Assembly: GCA_964432155.1 (NCBI GenBank)
Contig: CAYSMF010000009.1
Location: forward strand, 4,106 to 68,105
Direction: 5' to 3'
From: an uncultured Melioribacter sp.
GTDB lineage: Bacteria > Bacteroidota > Ignavibacteria > Kapaibacteriales > Kapaibacteriaceae
DNA: 64,000 nt
In this document: positions 29,722-39,128 of the stretch, piece by piece
Position numbering within the stretch: the stretch's first letter is position 1
Layout: each line of letters opens with the position of its first letter
Translations under genes and position numbers: made by a program
Notes under the pieces: model-generated
What the model was told of the DNA's origin: nothing
What the model saw: only the letters and a program-made list of their open reading frames with translations
Databases searched by the model: none

Positions 29722-31740
29722 ATGGTTCGTCTACGGCAATTCATTGGTTGTATCCTCGCGCTGGTGGTCTTGTTCTCGACCGTTGAGGCACAGATGCCAT
29801 CCGGTAAGGATAAAGTGACCATCGCACCGATCCCCGCAATTCAGGGGGCTGCGGGCGATACTGTCCTTGTGAAGATCTCGATGAAGATCGCAAAGCACTG
29901 GCACACGTACGGCTTTACCAAGACGGTTGGTCCAGATGGGCTGGGTCCAGACAACACGACACTCACGGTTGCCCCTGGCTCGGTTGCCAAGCTCGCCGGT
30001 AAGCCGAAGGTGCTCAAGGGTTCACACAAGAAGTACGACGAGTCGTACCAGACGACACTCGAAGAGCTCGATGGCAACGTCGAAGTTCAAGTTGCTGTTG
30101 TCCTCGATCGTGCGCTACCTGTCGGCAAGACTTCGTTGAAGTTCACGTTTGGGATGCAGATGTGCGATACGACATCGTGTCTCCCATTTGAAGACTTCGA
30201 CCCGATCACCGTCCCAGTTACTGTCACGGATATCTACAAGGGTCCAGCAGACGAAGCGGTCGTTCCAGCCACAACGCAATCGAGCGTTGACTCGCAGAGT
30301 GCTGCCATTGCGCCTGCTGTTGTTGGCGATCAGACGATTGAAACAGAAAAGTCGAAAGGACTCTGGAGCTTCTTCTTGTATGCAATGGGTGTTGGCTTCC
30401 TCGCCCTGCTCACACCATGTGTGTTCCCAATGATTCCGATCACAGTGTCGTTTTTCACGAAGCGCCACGAGAAGAGCAAGGGTAAGGGGCTGCAAGAGAG
30501 TCTGCTGTTCGGACTCGGTATCATCTCAACGTTTACTGCCGTCGGAATCATTGCTTCGGTCATCTTTGGCGGCACGGCTGTGCAGGACTTAGCAGCCAAT
30601 CCATGGCTGAATCTCGGTATCGGTGCACTCTTTATGGTGCTGGCCTTCAATCTGTTCGGCGCGTTCGAGATCCAAGTTCCGGTTTCGATCATGAATGCCT
30701 TGAACAAGAAGTCGCAAGGCGACGGCAAGGTTGCGATTCTGCTCATGGGCCTCACCTTCTCGCTTACGTCATTCACCTGCACGGTGCCATTCGTTGGAAC
30801 GCTGCTCCTGAGTGCTTCGGGCGGCGACTATCTCTATCCTGCGGTAGGTACGCTTGGCTTTGCTACAGCATTCGCATTGCCATTCGTTGGCTTGTCGATG
30901 TTCCCGTCGTTGCTCGTGCGTCTTCCACGCGCTGGCGGCTGGATGAACAACTTGAAGGTCGTCATGGGCTTTCTCGAGATCGCTGCAGCAATCAAGTTCT
31001 TCTCGACGGCAGAGTTCATTTTCGGACTCGGTCTGTTGCCACGCGAAGTATTTCTTGCTGTGTGGGCTGGCGTTTGCTTCCTCATCATGCTCTACCTTCT
31101 CGGTACGTTTAAGATGAAGCTTGATTCGCCCCTTGACAGCGTGAGCGGTATTCGTGCATTGTTTGCGGTGATCTTTGCAACTCTCGCATTCTGGTTTGTA
31201 GGTGGCATGCTCGGCAAGCCACTCGCATCGGATCTCGAAGCACTCCTTCCACCTGAGAATTACCACGAGCTTCTGCTCGAGATGAACACTGGTGTGGCAG
31301 CACCACCGACATCATCCAAGAGTGGAAGTGCCGCAGAAGGTGCGACGATCGCACAAACGGGGACGTCTGTGCACGACGGACTCACGTGGTACTCAAATCT
31401 CGACGAGGCGAAACGCGTGGCAGCACGCGAGAACAAGCCAATCTTCATCGACTTCACGGGGTTCTCTTGCGTGAACTGTCGTAAGATGGAGAAGGCCGTA
31501 TTCCCTCAGCCAATGGTTGTCGAAGCATTCAAGAAGTTCGTGCTCGTGCAGTTGTATACCGACCGAAAGTCCGAGCCATATATCTCGAATCAGAATCTTC
31601 TGAAGACGTATGGCACGGTAGCCAACCCGTTGTACGTCATTCTGCGTTCAGATGGCACCTACGTCGCGCAGTCGGGATACCAGCTTGCGTATACATCGAA
31701 TCCGCAGACGTTTGTTGAGTTCCTCTCCAAGGCGCTGTGA
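29722..31740 (+). CDS. dsbD: Thiol:disulfide interchange protein DsbD (periplasmic N-domain, CcdA-like membrane core, C-terminal thioredoxin domain)
   Basis: ATG 29722 with GAGG 10 nt upstream and SP MVRLRQFIGCILALVVLFSTVEA (the track start at 29665 is TTG). Membrane-core motif LLTPCVFPMIPITVSFF. C-terminal thioredoxin fold with CVNC. Confidence 0.8.
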   Translation: MVRLRQFIGCILALVVLFSTVEAQMPSGKDKVTIAPIPAIQGAAGDTVLVKISMKIAKHWHTYGFTKTVGPDGLGPDNTTLTVAPGSVAKLAGKPKVLKGSHKKYDESYQTTLEELDGNVEVQVAVVLDRALPVGKTSLKFTFGMQMCDTTSCLPFEDFDPITVPVTVTDIYKGPADEAVVPATTQSSVDSQSAAIAPAVVGDQTIETEKSKGLWSFFLYAMGVGFLALLTPCVFPMIPITVSFFTKRHEKSKGKGLQESLLFGLGIISTFTAVGIIASVIFGGTAVQDLAANPWLNLGIGALFMVLAFNLFGAFEIQVPVSIMNALNKKSQGDGKVAILLMGLTFSLTSFTCTVPFVGTLLLSASGGDYLYPAVGTLGFATAFALPFVGLSMFPSLLVRLPRAGGWMNNLKVVMGFLEIAAAIKFFSTAEFIFGLGLLPREVFLAVWAGVCFLIMLYLLGTFKMKLDSPLDSVSGIRALFAVIFATLAFWFVGGMLGKPLASDLEALLPPENYHELLLEMNTGVAAPPTSSKSGSAAEGATIAQTGTSVHDGLTWYSNLDEAKRVAARENKPIFIDFTGFSCVNCRKMEKAVFPQPMVVEAFKKFVLVQLYTDRKSEPYISNQNLLKTYGTVANPLYVILRSDGTYVAQSGYQLAYTSNPQTFVEFLSKAL

Positions 31741-32192
31741 TGATGCGTGTGGTGCCCTTAACACCTGAGCGTTTTGATGACTTCATCGCGTTGGTGTGCG
31801 CACTGGCCGATTACGAAAAGCTTGACCGACCATCTCACGATGCAATCGAGCGATTGAGCGCTGATGCATTCAGTGAAACGCCGCGGTACTGGGCATTCCT
31901 TGCGGTAAACGACGCGGACGAGGCCGTAGGGTATGCTATCTGTTTGGAGACGTACTCGTCGTTCCTTGCCAAGCCAACGATGTATCTCGAGGACATCTTC
32001 GTGCGTGAGGATGCACGCACACATGGTGCTGGGTCTGCACTGTTTGCAACTGTTGTCGAGCTAGGTCGTTCGCGAGGGTGCGGACGCGTCGACTGGCAAG
32101 TGCTTGACTGGAATACGCTGGCACGTGATTTCTATCAATCACGGGGCGCTTCTGAAATGTCGGAGTGGCTGCTCTATCGCATTACGCTGTAG
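31740..32192 (+). CDS. GNAT family N-acetyltransferase
   Basis: ATG 31740 overlaps the dsbD stop (tgatg). Acetyl-CoA binding region (IFVREDARTHGAGSALFATVVELGRSRG). 150 aa. Confidence 0.7.
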   Translation: MMRVVPLTPERFDDFIALVCALADYEKLDRPSHDAIERLSADAFSETPRYWAFLAVNDADEAVGYAICLETYSSFLAKPTMYLEDIFVREDARTHGAGSALFATVVELGRSRGCGRVDWQVLDWNTLARDFYQSRGASEMSEWLLYRITL

Positions 32193-33072
32193 GATCAACA
32201 ACAACATTGTCGATCAAACGCGTTGAGCCCAGACGTGCTGCGATCAGCAGAACAATTGTCTGACTAGGTGCATACGCTGTGGCGTGTTGCAGCGTGTTCG
32301 CATCAACTGCCGTTGCATACTCGACGTGAAGTCGAGGTACCGTTGCAAGTTCGTCCTGCATGAGTCGTTCGAGCGCGTCGGATGTGCGCTCGCCATTGCG
32401 ATATGCGGTTTGTGCGCGCATGAGCGCACGGAAAATCACTGGCGCATCGGCACGATCTTCTGGCGAGAGGTAGACGTTGCGCGAGCTGCGCGCTAGTCCA
32501 TCATCTTCACGCTGTGTCGGTCGCACGGTAATCTTGACGCGATGTACGACATCCAACGGTGACGTCTCCACTAGCTTTCGCACAACGAGTGTCTGCTGGT
32601 AGTCTTTTTGTCCGAAGTACGCTTCATCAGGAAGCATCGCCTCGAAGAGTCGCGACACAACTGTGGCTACGCCATCGAAGTGGGTCGGGCGTTGCGCGCC
32701 TTCGAGCATTTCTGTGACGCCATCGATGTGAATCGTGCTCCGAGCACCAGAAGGATACATTTCTTCGACGGAAGGGAAGAAAATGGCCGTTCCACCAGCT
32801 TCGGCAACAATCGCACGATCACGATCGAAGTCGCGCGGGTACCGTTCGAAATCTTCCGACGGACCGAACTGCGTCGGATTAACGAAGATCGAGACGACCA
32901 CCACGCTGTGATGTGCAGCAGCTTCACGAATCAGCGATGCGTGGCCGTCATGGAGATATCCCATGGTCGGCACGCATCCAATGGTTGCGCCTGAACGGCG
33001 TGCATCAGCCAAGTAGGCATGCAGCTCAGCGATTGTCGTAAAGATCGCGACGTCACGATTGTGCGGTGTCAT
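32182..33072 (-). CDS. panC: Pantoate--beta-alanine ligase (pantothenate synthetase)
   Basis: ATG at 33072 (MTPHNRDVAIF..). PanC motifs VPTMGYLHDGH, VVSIFVNPTQF, YFGQKDYQQ. 296 aa. Confidence 0.88.
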   Translation of the reverse strand: MTPHNRDVAIFTTIAELHAYLADARRSGATIGCVPTMGYLHDGHASLIREAAAHHSVVVVSIFVNPTQFGPSEDFERYPRDFDRDRAIVAEAGGTAIFFPSVEEMYPSGARSTIHIDGVTEMLEGAQRPTHFDGVATVVSRLFEAMLPDEAYFGQKDYQQTLVVRKLVETSPLDVVHRVKITVRPTQREDDGLARSSRNVYLSPEDRADAPVIFRALMRAQTAYRNGERTSDALERLMQDELATVPRLHVEYATAVDANTLQHATAYAPSQTIVLLIAARLGSTRLIDNVVVDPTA

Positions 33073-33853
33073 GCGACGAAGATACATGTTCCGCGCCATC
33101 CTTACCGTCTTGGTCCTCTGTGCTGCAACTTGCTGTGCTTGTGCGCAAGGGGGCACGCTGCAATCAGATGCGGATGCAGATGTGCTCGATTACCGATCGA
33201 TTGACTCGCTCTGGCAAGAAAGTGTTGAGCACGGTCGCCTAGCCACTGCCGCTGTGCGATCAGACGTCTACCGGCGGTTTCGCCACGTATGTGCATCAGC
33301 AACACCCATGGCATTTCTGCCAAACGCGAGGCTCGCGTTCTGGACCAATGTGTATCTCGTATGTCTCATGGAGGCTATGCACCTTCGTGTGGGCTATCGT
33401 TCGACAACGCACGACTCGTTGTGGCTGCGACGCGACACCTTCCTAGTTGCATCCGAACGTGTCACGCTTGCTGATATGCTCGATCGCATTGAGACATGCT
33501 CCGTACTTGTACATGCCCGCGAATGTCTCACGATCGGGAGTTCCCATGGAGCCCCTTTCCCCGCGACACTCGCATCGGCACGCCGTATTCGAGCATGGTT
33601 TCGCGATGTGCTTCGGCGAATTATTCGCAGTGAGCGTAACGTGCTCTTTGACCCATGGTCGAGCACACTGCAGATAGCATCGTGGCTGCGTCCCCTCTGG
33701 AAACGTCTTGGTGAGCGAGATGCCAGCTTCGTGGATTACTTGATACCGAGTATGACCGAGGCCATGGCTGCGCAGGTGGCATTGTGTGCACCGAGGCTTG
33801 TTGTACGCTTTTCCGATCGAATCGAGACGTGGCGTAAGGCTCGTCCTCGCTAA
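33071..33853 (+). CDS. Secreted DUF547-like protein
   Basis: SP MRRRYMFRAILTVLVLCAATCCACAQG. LAFWTNVYL motif resembling the DUF547 AFWINVYN signature. The 5' end abuts/overlaps the divergent panC start. Confidence 0.5.
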   Translation: MRRRYMFRAILTVLVLCAATCCACAQGGTLQSDADADVLDYRSIDSLWQESVEHGRLATAAVRSDVYRRFRHVCASATPMAFLPNARLAFWTNVYLVCLMEAMHLRVGYRSTTHDSLWLRRDTFLVASERVTLADMLDRIETCSVLVHARECLTIGSSHGAPFPATLASARRIRAWFRDVLRRIIRSERNVLFDPWSSTLQIASWLRPLWKRLGERDASFVDYLIPSMTEAMAAQVALCAPRLVVRFSDRIETWRKARPR

Positions 33854-33862
33854 ATTCCGTTC

Positions 33863-34342
33863 ATGAAGCACATCGACAACGTCTGGTCTCGCGCACGTGC
33901 ACTGTGGTGCATTGGAAGCGTGTTTGTGATTGTCACTGGGTGTGCCACAGCACCTGAGCTGCTGAAGGACACATGGGAGATAACGATGGTGCGCGATCAA
34001 CGCATCGACACAACCCAGTCGCTCCTTCGCCGCCCCATGTTCCGTTTCTTTGAAGAGAGCAAGGTGCAGGGGTTTACGGGCTGTAACATGTTCTTCGGGA
34101 GCTTCACGCAGCGTGAGGACACAGTTCAGTTTAGTCCGCTTATGACATCAAAAATGGCGTGTACCGACCGTGAGAACGTCGTGCTTGAAGAGCGGATTCT
34201 CGAGGCGTTTCGCGCAACATTCACTGTTCGACGTTCCGGGCAGACGTTGCAGTTTCTCGCAGCTGATGAGACCGTGTTGCTGACCAGTGTTGGGATACCG
34301 AACGTCGAGCAGCCGATGCCGGCGCAAGAACTTCCTCGCTAA
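33863..34342 (+). CDS. META/HslJ-domain lipoprotein (DUF306)
   Basis: ATG start. Lipobox VIVTGC. META-domain motif GFTGCNMFFGSFT and second half ..LLTSVG... Confidence 0.65.
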   Translation: MKHIDNVWSRARALWCIGSVFVIVTGCATAPELLKDTWEITMVRDQRIDTTQSLLRRPMFRFFEESKVQGFTGCNMFFGSFTQREDTVQFSPLMTSKMACTDRENVVLEERILEAFRATFTVRRSGQTLQFLAADETVLLTSVGIPNVEQPMPAQELPR

Positions 34343-34354
34343 GCGCCGTGTCTG

Positions 34355-36583
34355 ATGAGTACAACGCAACCGGCCTCGATTCTTCCATTGCAATACATCA
34401 AGGGTGTAGGGCCGCGGCGTGCCGAAGCATTGGCGCGTGAGGGAATTTGCACGCCCGAGGATGTGATCTGGAGAATTCCGCGAGGTTATGTTGATCGCAC
34501 GGCTGCGCAGAGTATTGCCAGCTTGATGCAGACATGTCGTGCATCGAATTTATGGACGGGGGAAGCCGTCGAACAGCATCGGGCTGTGTCGGCCGAAGTG
34601 TCATTGATTGCAACGATTGCCGATGTGCGTCAGCGCACAGTTGGCAAGGGCAAGTCGATGCTGACGGTGGTCATACGCGATGGATCCGGTGTTGACGCGC
34701 AGCTTGTGTTCTGGAATCAGATCACATACTACACCAAGCGCTGTCGTGTTGGCGCGTCGTTCGTTGTCAGTGGCGTGCCGGAGTATGATGCACGCTGGAA
34801 TCAGCTGACGATGCATCATCCCGAGCTTGAAGAGCTAGACGAAGAAGATGCCGAGCGGTATCGGACTGGGACGACGTTGCCCAAGTACACAATCACGCAG
34901 GGAATGCGCAACAGTGGCATCACGATGCGCTTGTTCCGGACGATTGTTGAGCACTGTCTTGATGTTGTACTGCCCACAATGGCAGAGGTATTGCCCGACG
35001 AGGTGTGTCGTGCTGCGTCGCTTATGGAACGTGCCGATGCGCTCCGCCAACTGCATCAGCCAACATCGCTTGAACACGTGCAGCGTGCACGGTTTCGGAT
35101 GAAGTACGAAGAGCTCTTCATGTTTGAATTGCAGCTGGCCGTTCGGCGTAAAACGCAGAAGGCACCTGCAAACGGACTTCAGTTCACCGCAAAGAGTCCG
35201 CGCGCACGCATGCTGGTTGAGGCACTGCCCTACGAGTTAACTGGCGCGCAGCGACGGGTCATTCATGAGATCGTCGAAGACATGACATCCGGTCAGCCCA
35301 TGAACCGACTCCTACAAGGTGATGTCGGGTCGGGCAAAACGATTGTTGCCTTGTTGTGCATGCTCAATGCACTTGACAACGGTTATCAAGCAGTGCTCAT
35401 GGCACCAACGGAAATCCTTGCCGAGCAGCATTACCATGGAATCATGCGACTGGTAGGTGATCTCGATGTCTCGGTTGTGAACCTCATCGGCGCGCAGAAA
35501 AAGGCTGAGCGACGTGAAGCGCTTGCACAGATCGCGTCGGGGTCGGCAAACATCATCATCGGCACACATGCGCTCTTCGAGTCCGAGGTGGCCTATCACA
35601 AACTTGGTTTGATTGTCATCGATGAGCAGCACCGCTTTGGCGTTGCCCAACGTCAGGAACTTCAGCGACGTGGTCGAGCCTCGCACGACGACGCAACGCG
35701 CATGCCGCATGTGTTGGTGATGAGCGCTACTCCGATACCGCGAACGCTATCGATGACCCTGTACGGTGATCTCGATGTCTCGGTCATTGATCAGCTGCCA
35801 TCGAATCGTAAGCCGATCCAAACAAAGGTTGTCGCAGACTCGGCGATAGCTGCTGTGTTTGATGGTATCCGACGCGAAGTAGCAGCTGGACGTCAGGCGT
35901 ACATCGTGTATCCACTCGTAGAGAAGAGCGAAAAGATCGAAGCCAAAAGCGCGGTAGAACATGCTGAATCGCTCCAGCACGAGGTGTTCCCTGACCTGCG
36001 GATTGGAATCGTGCACGGACAGATGTCCTGGGACGAAAAGGAACGTGTGATGCAGGCTTTCTTGCAGCGAGAGTTCGACATTCTTGTTGCGACAACTGTG
36101 ATTGAAGTGGGCATTGATGTGCCGAATGCGACGATCATGGTGATTGAGAATGCCGAGCGCTTTGGACTTTCGCAGCTGCATCAGCTACGTGGGCGTGTTG
36201 GACGTGGTGGGGAACAGTCGTACTGCTACCTGATCACAAAAGACCATATGCAGCATGCCATGAAGCGGCAGTCCACCGCACAAGAGCGTGCAGCATCCGT
36301 GGTTCGTCTACGCACCATGGAAGAGACAACGGATGGCTTTGCAATTGCCGAGGTCGACCTCAAGTTGCGCGGACCAGGAGATGTCCTCGGCGTGCGGCAG
36401 AGCGGCTTGCCTGAGTTTCGCTTCGTCGATCTCGTGCAGGACACGCCCATTATCGTTCGAGCGCGCAACGACGCATTCGCGGTGCTCGATCGGGATCCCC
36501 AGTTGCGTCGGCCAGAGCATGCGGCAACGCGAGCCGAACTTGTTCGGATTGCGGAGCATCAGAGCTTCCTCGGTGTCGCGTAA
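34355..36583 (+). CDS. recG: ATP-dependent DNA helicase RecG
   Basis: ATG start; 742 aa. Wedge domain plus helicase motifs GDVGSGKTIVALL, DEQHRFGV, SATPIPRTL, C-terminal TRG motif region. Confidence 0.92.
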   Translation: MSTTQPASILPLQYIKGVGPRRAEALAREGICTPEDVIWRIPRGYVDRTAAQSIASLMQTCRASNLWTGEAVEQHRAVSAEVSLIATIADVRQRTVGKGKSMLTVVIRDGSGVDAQLVFWNQITYYTKRCRVGASFVVSGVPEYDARWNQLTMHHPELEELDEEDAERYRTGTTLPKYTITQGMRNSGITMRLFRTIVEHCLDVVLPTMAEVLPDEVCRAASLMERADALRQLHQPTSLEHVQRARFRMKYEELFMFELQLAVRRKTQKAPANGLQFTAKSPRARMLVEALPYELTGAQRRVIHEIVEDMTSGQPMNRLLQGDVGSGKTIVALLCMLNALDNGYQAVLMAPTEILAEQHYHGIMRLVGDLDVSVVNLIGAQKKAERREALAQIASGSANIIIGTHALFESEVAYHKLGLIVIDEQHRFGVAQRQELQRRGRASHDDATRMPHVLVMSATPIPRTLSMTLYGDLDVSVIDQLPSNRKPIQTKVVADSAIAAVFDGIRREVAAGRQAYIVYPLVEKSEKIEAKSAVEHAESLQHEVFPDLRIGIVHGQMSWDEKERVMQAFLQREFDILVATTVIEVGIDVPNATIMVIENAERFGLSQLHQLRGRVGRGGEQSYCYLITKDHMQHAMKRQSTAQERAASVVRLRTMEETTDGFAIAEVDLKLRGPGDVLGVRQSGLPEFRFVDLVQDTPIIVRARNDAFAVLDRDPQLRRPEHAATRAELVRIAEHQSFLGVA

Positions 36584-36591
36584 ATTGCGCT

Positions 36592-37296
36592 ATGGCCACT
36601 GCACCGCTCTTCACAACGACGATCAACGATGATCCGCTCACGTCCACATTTAACGTGAGTGAGATATTCCATTCGATTCAAGGTGAGGGAACACGCGCGG
36701 GCTTGCCATGCACGTTCGTGCGTCTACAAGGATGCACGCTGCGATGCAGCTGGTGCGATACACCCTATGCGCTTGAACATCGTACGTCTGAGCGAATCAT
36801 GACGGGTCAGCAGATTGTTGATGCAGTGCGTGAGATTGGTTGTTCGTTTGTTGAGTTCACGGGTGGTGAGCCCCTTGAACAGCCAGCCATTGTTCCCCTG
36901 ATGCGACTGCTCTGTGACGAAGGATATCTCGTCGCGGTTGAAACGGGCGGACATTGCGACATCTCTGTATTGGACGAGCGCGTGATCGCAATTGTCGATG
37001 TGAAGTGTCCAGGGTCAAAGATGGATCGACTGAATGACCTCGAAAATCTCACACGACTTCGGCCGCATGACGAAGTAAAGTTTGTGCTGGCATCACGCAT
37101 GGACTATGAGTTTGCTCGTGACCTGCTGCGCTCACATCAGCTCGACACTCGATGTGCGAGCGTGTTGATGTCGTGCGTGCCAGATCGTCTCCCAATGGCT
37201 GAATGTGTCGCGTGGATTCTTGAGGATGCACTCCCGGTGCGGTTCCAAATCCAGATGCACAAGATTGTTTGGTCACCTGAGACACGGGGAGTCTAA
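36592..37296 (+). CDS. queE: 7-carboxy-7-deazaguanine synthase (radical SAM, queuosine biosynthesis)
   Basis: ATG start. SIQGEGTRAGLPCTFVRLQGCTLRCSWCDTPYA (CxxxCxxC-like radical-SAM cluster of QueE). Confidence 0.88.
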   Translation: MATAPLFTTTINDDPLTSTFNVSEIFHSIQGEGTRAGLPCTFVRLQGCTLRCSWCDTPYALEHRTSERIMTGQQIVDAVREIGCSFVEFTGGEPLEQPAIVPLMRLLCDEGYLVAVETGGHCDISVLDERVIAIVDVKCPGSKMDRLNDLENLTRLRPHDEVKFVLASRMDYEFARDLLRSHQLDTRCASVLMSCVPDRLPMAECVAWILEDALPVRFQIQMHKIVWSPETRGV

Positions 37297-38129
37297 TGCG
37301 ATTGCATGCTGCTCTCTGCGGTGTTGTTGCGTGTGCGCTGTCGCACGTTGCAGTCAACGCCCAGGACCTCACGATTACACCCCTACAGCAGTGTAACTCT
37401 GCCAAGGCCGAGTATGCCCCCTCGGTTGACGTCTTGACGTCGTCGATCATCTTCACATCCGAGGTCTCGGGTGTTGCCGCTGTCTATCGTGCGCGTCTCG
37501 ATGAATCGACAGGCATTGAGCGCGTGGCAGGTACCTTTAACAACCCCCGGCATCATCGCGGTTGCGTGAGTCTGGACTCAACAGGAACCGGTATTGGCGT
37601 TGTGTATGCCGCATATGACCAGCAGATGTATGCTGGTCTGGCAACCGTAACGCGCTATGGAAACGAGATGAATCTCGGGACCATGTTGGACGTTGTGAAC
37701 GGTCCCATGTACGTGTCGCAGCCCGCGCTTTCGCCCGATGGATCTCGTCTTGCGTTTGTCACAACGCGAGAAGGGGGCCGAGGTGGACTCGATCTGTGGA
37801 TGTGTGAGCGACGTGATGATCTCTCGTGGTCGGAACCCATGAACATGGGCCGCAACGTGAATTCGGACGGCGATGAGATCTCGCCCTGGTTCGCATCGGA
37901 AGATACGCTCGTCTTTGCCTCAAATGGTTTTGGCGGAAAGGGCGGTTTCGACATCATGATGTCAGTTCTCCGCGACGGCGTGTGGCTCGAGCCCTTGCCC
38001 GTGGAGGACATTAACTCTGAATACGACGACAGTGACTGCATTGTTCTGCGCGACGGAACAATGGTGTTCGCAAGTACAAGGCCCGGTGGGACGGGCGGAC
38101 TTGATCTCTGGATTGCTCGACGGAAATAG
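37296..38129 (+). CDS. Periplasmic TolB-like protein with PD40 (WD40-like beta-propeller) repeats
   Basis: ATG overlaps the queE stop (taatg). SP MRLHAALCGVVACALSHVAVNA. Three PD40 repeats (SPDGSRLAFVTTREGGRGGLDLW; FASNGFGGKGGFDI; FASTRPGGTGGLDLW). Confidence 0.7.
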   Translation: MRLHAALCGVVACALSHVAVNAQDLTITPLQQCNSAKAEYAPSVDVLTSSIIFTSEVSGVAAVYRARLDESTGIERVAGTFNNPRHHRGCVSLDSTGTGIGVVYAAYDQQMYAGLATVTRYGNEMNLGTMLDVVNGPMYVSQPALSPDGSRLAFVTTREGGRGGLDLWMCERRDDLSWSEPMNMGRNVNSDGDEISPWFASEDTLVFASNGFGGKGGFDIMMSVLRDGVWLEPLPVEDINSEYDDSDCIVLRDGTMVFASTRPGGTGGLDLWIARRK

Positions 38130-38140
38130 GTTGTAAACGA

Positions 38141-38168
38141 AAAAAGGCCCGCAACTGCGGGCCTTTTT
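38141..38168. terminator. Bidirectional Rho-independent terminator between convergent genes
   Basis: aaaaaGGCCCGCaactGCGGGCCttttt : GC-rich 7-bp stem flanked by A-run and T-run. Confidence 0.65.
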
Positions 38169-38189
38169 CATTGTCGTCATGATGTCGGT

Positions 38190-38951
38190 TTACTTGATGC
38201 TGTAACGCACAAGTGTTGTTTCCACGCCGTCGATCGGGAGCGGCGGAATACCCATGATGTTTACCACTTGCGCCGGTTGTGTGACCTTGATCCAGCCAAT
38301 ACCATTAACAAACCAGTACGTGCGAACGAGTTGGATTGGAACCGGAACCGCTTGTGGACCAAACATCAAATACAGTGTGATGTTCATCGTGATTTCAACC
38401 TTCGAGGCTGCTGTGGCAGCACCATTGATGCTGACAGTCTCTGTGCCGAGCTTCTTACCCGTGAAGCTCAGGCCAGCCGAGCCTGTGTATGAGCCTGAAG
38501 GACCAGCGTCAATCGTGAACTGTGGGATCGAATCCTTGAGTGCTGTCCATGACGAAGCATTTTCGTCGAACAGATTTACCCACTTGTTGCCAAGGTCGAC
38601 TGGTGCGCCGAGCACGTCAAACGAAAGTGGAAGAAGTGTCGAAACGACCGTTCCTTGCTGTGCATCGTACATCGTGTCGACGGCCATACCGCCAACGTAC
38701 ATGATCGACTCAACAGCTGAGCGGCCTTCAACAGTCTTTGTACCAGTAACAACGACGCTATCTGGAAGGATGTCGACTGTGTCGGTTGCGCCTGACGCAT
38801 CCGTGTCGAACGAGCGATTGGCGTGGATGAAGTACGAACCAGGTGTCGAGATAACGTACTTGCCAGGCTCAGTCGGTGTTGTTGTGTCGCTCGAGCAGCC
38901 GGCAAGACCGAGTCCGATTGCGGCGACAGCGATGATTGCGAAACGCTTCAT
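38190..38951 (-). CDS. Hypothetical lipoprotein
   Basis: ATG at 38951 (MKRFAIIAVAAIGLGLAGCSS, lipobox LAGC). The track ORF extends into the tRNA-Ser gene, so the internal Met is the real start. 253 aa, beta-rich. Confidence 0.5.
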   Translation of the reverse strand: MKRFAIIAVAAIGLGLAGCSSDTTTPTEPGKYVISTPGSYFIHANRSFDTDASGATDTVDILPDSVVVTGTKTVEGRSAVESIMYVGGMAVDTMYDAQQGTVVSTLLPLSFDVLGAPVDLGNKWVNLFDENASSWTALKDSIPQFTIDAGPSGSYTGSAGLSFTGKKLGTETVSINGAATAASKVEITMNITLYLMFGPQAVPVPIQLVRTYWFVNGIGWIKVTQPAQVVNIMGIPPLPIDGVETTLVRYSIK

Positions 38952-38997
38952 GCTTGTGTTCTCCTGCGGATAAACCGCGTTTGCGTGGGATTGAGAG

Positions 38998-39079
38998 CGG
39001 AGGGCGAGGGACTCGAACCCCCACAACCTTTCGGTCGGCTGTTTTCAAGACAGCTGCAATACCATTATGCGAGCCCTCC
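38998..39079 (-). tRNA. tRNA-Ser (anticodon UGA)
   Basis: Manual fold of the reverse complement: acceptor GGAGGGC/GCCCTCC, discriminator G, 3-bp D stem GCA/TGC, anticodon stem GCTGT/ACAGC with loop CTTGAAA (anticodon TGA), long class-II variable arm (CGACC-GAAA-GGTTG), T loop TTCGAGT. CCA not encoded. Confidence 0.75.
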
Positions 39080-39128
39080 GTGGGCGTTGGACGACAAATC
39101 TACGGAAGAGATTTGATCTGCAATGCAC

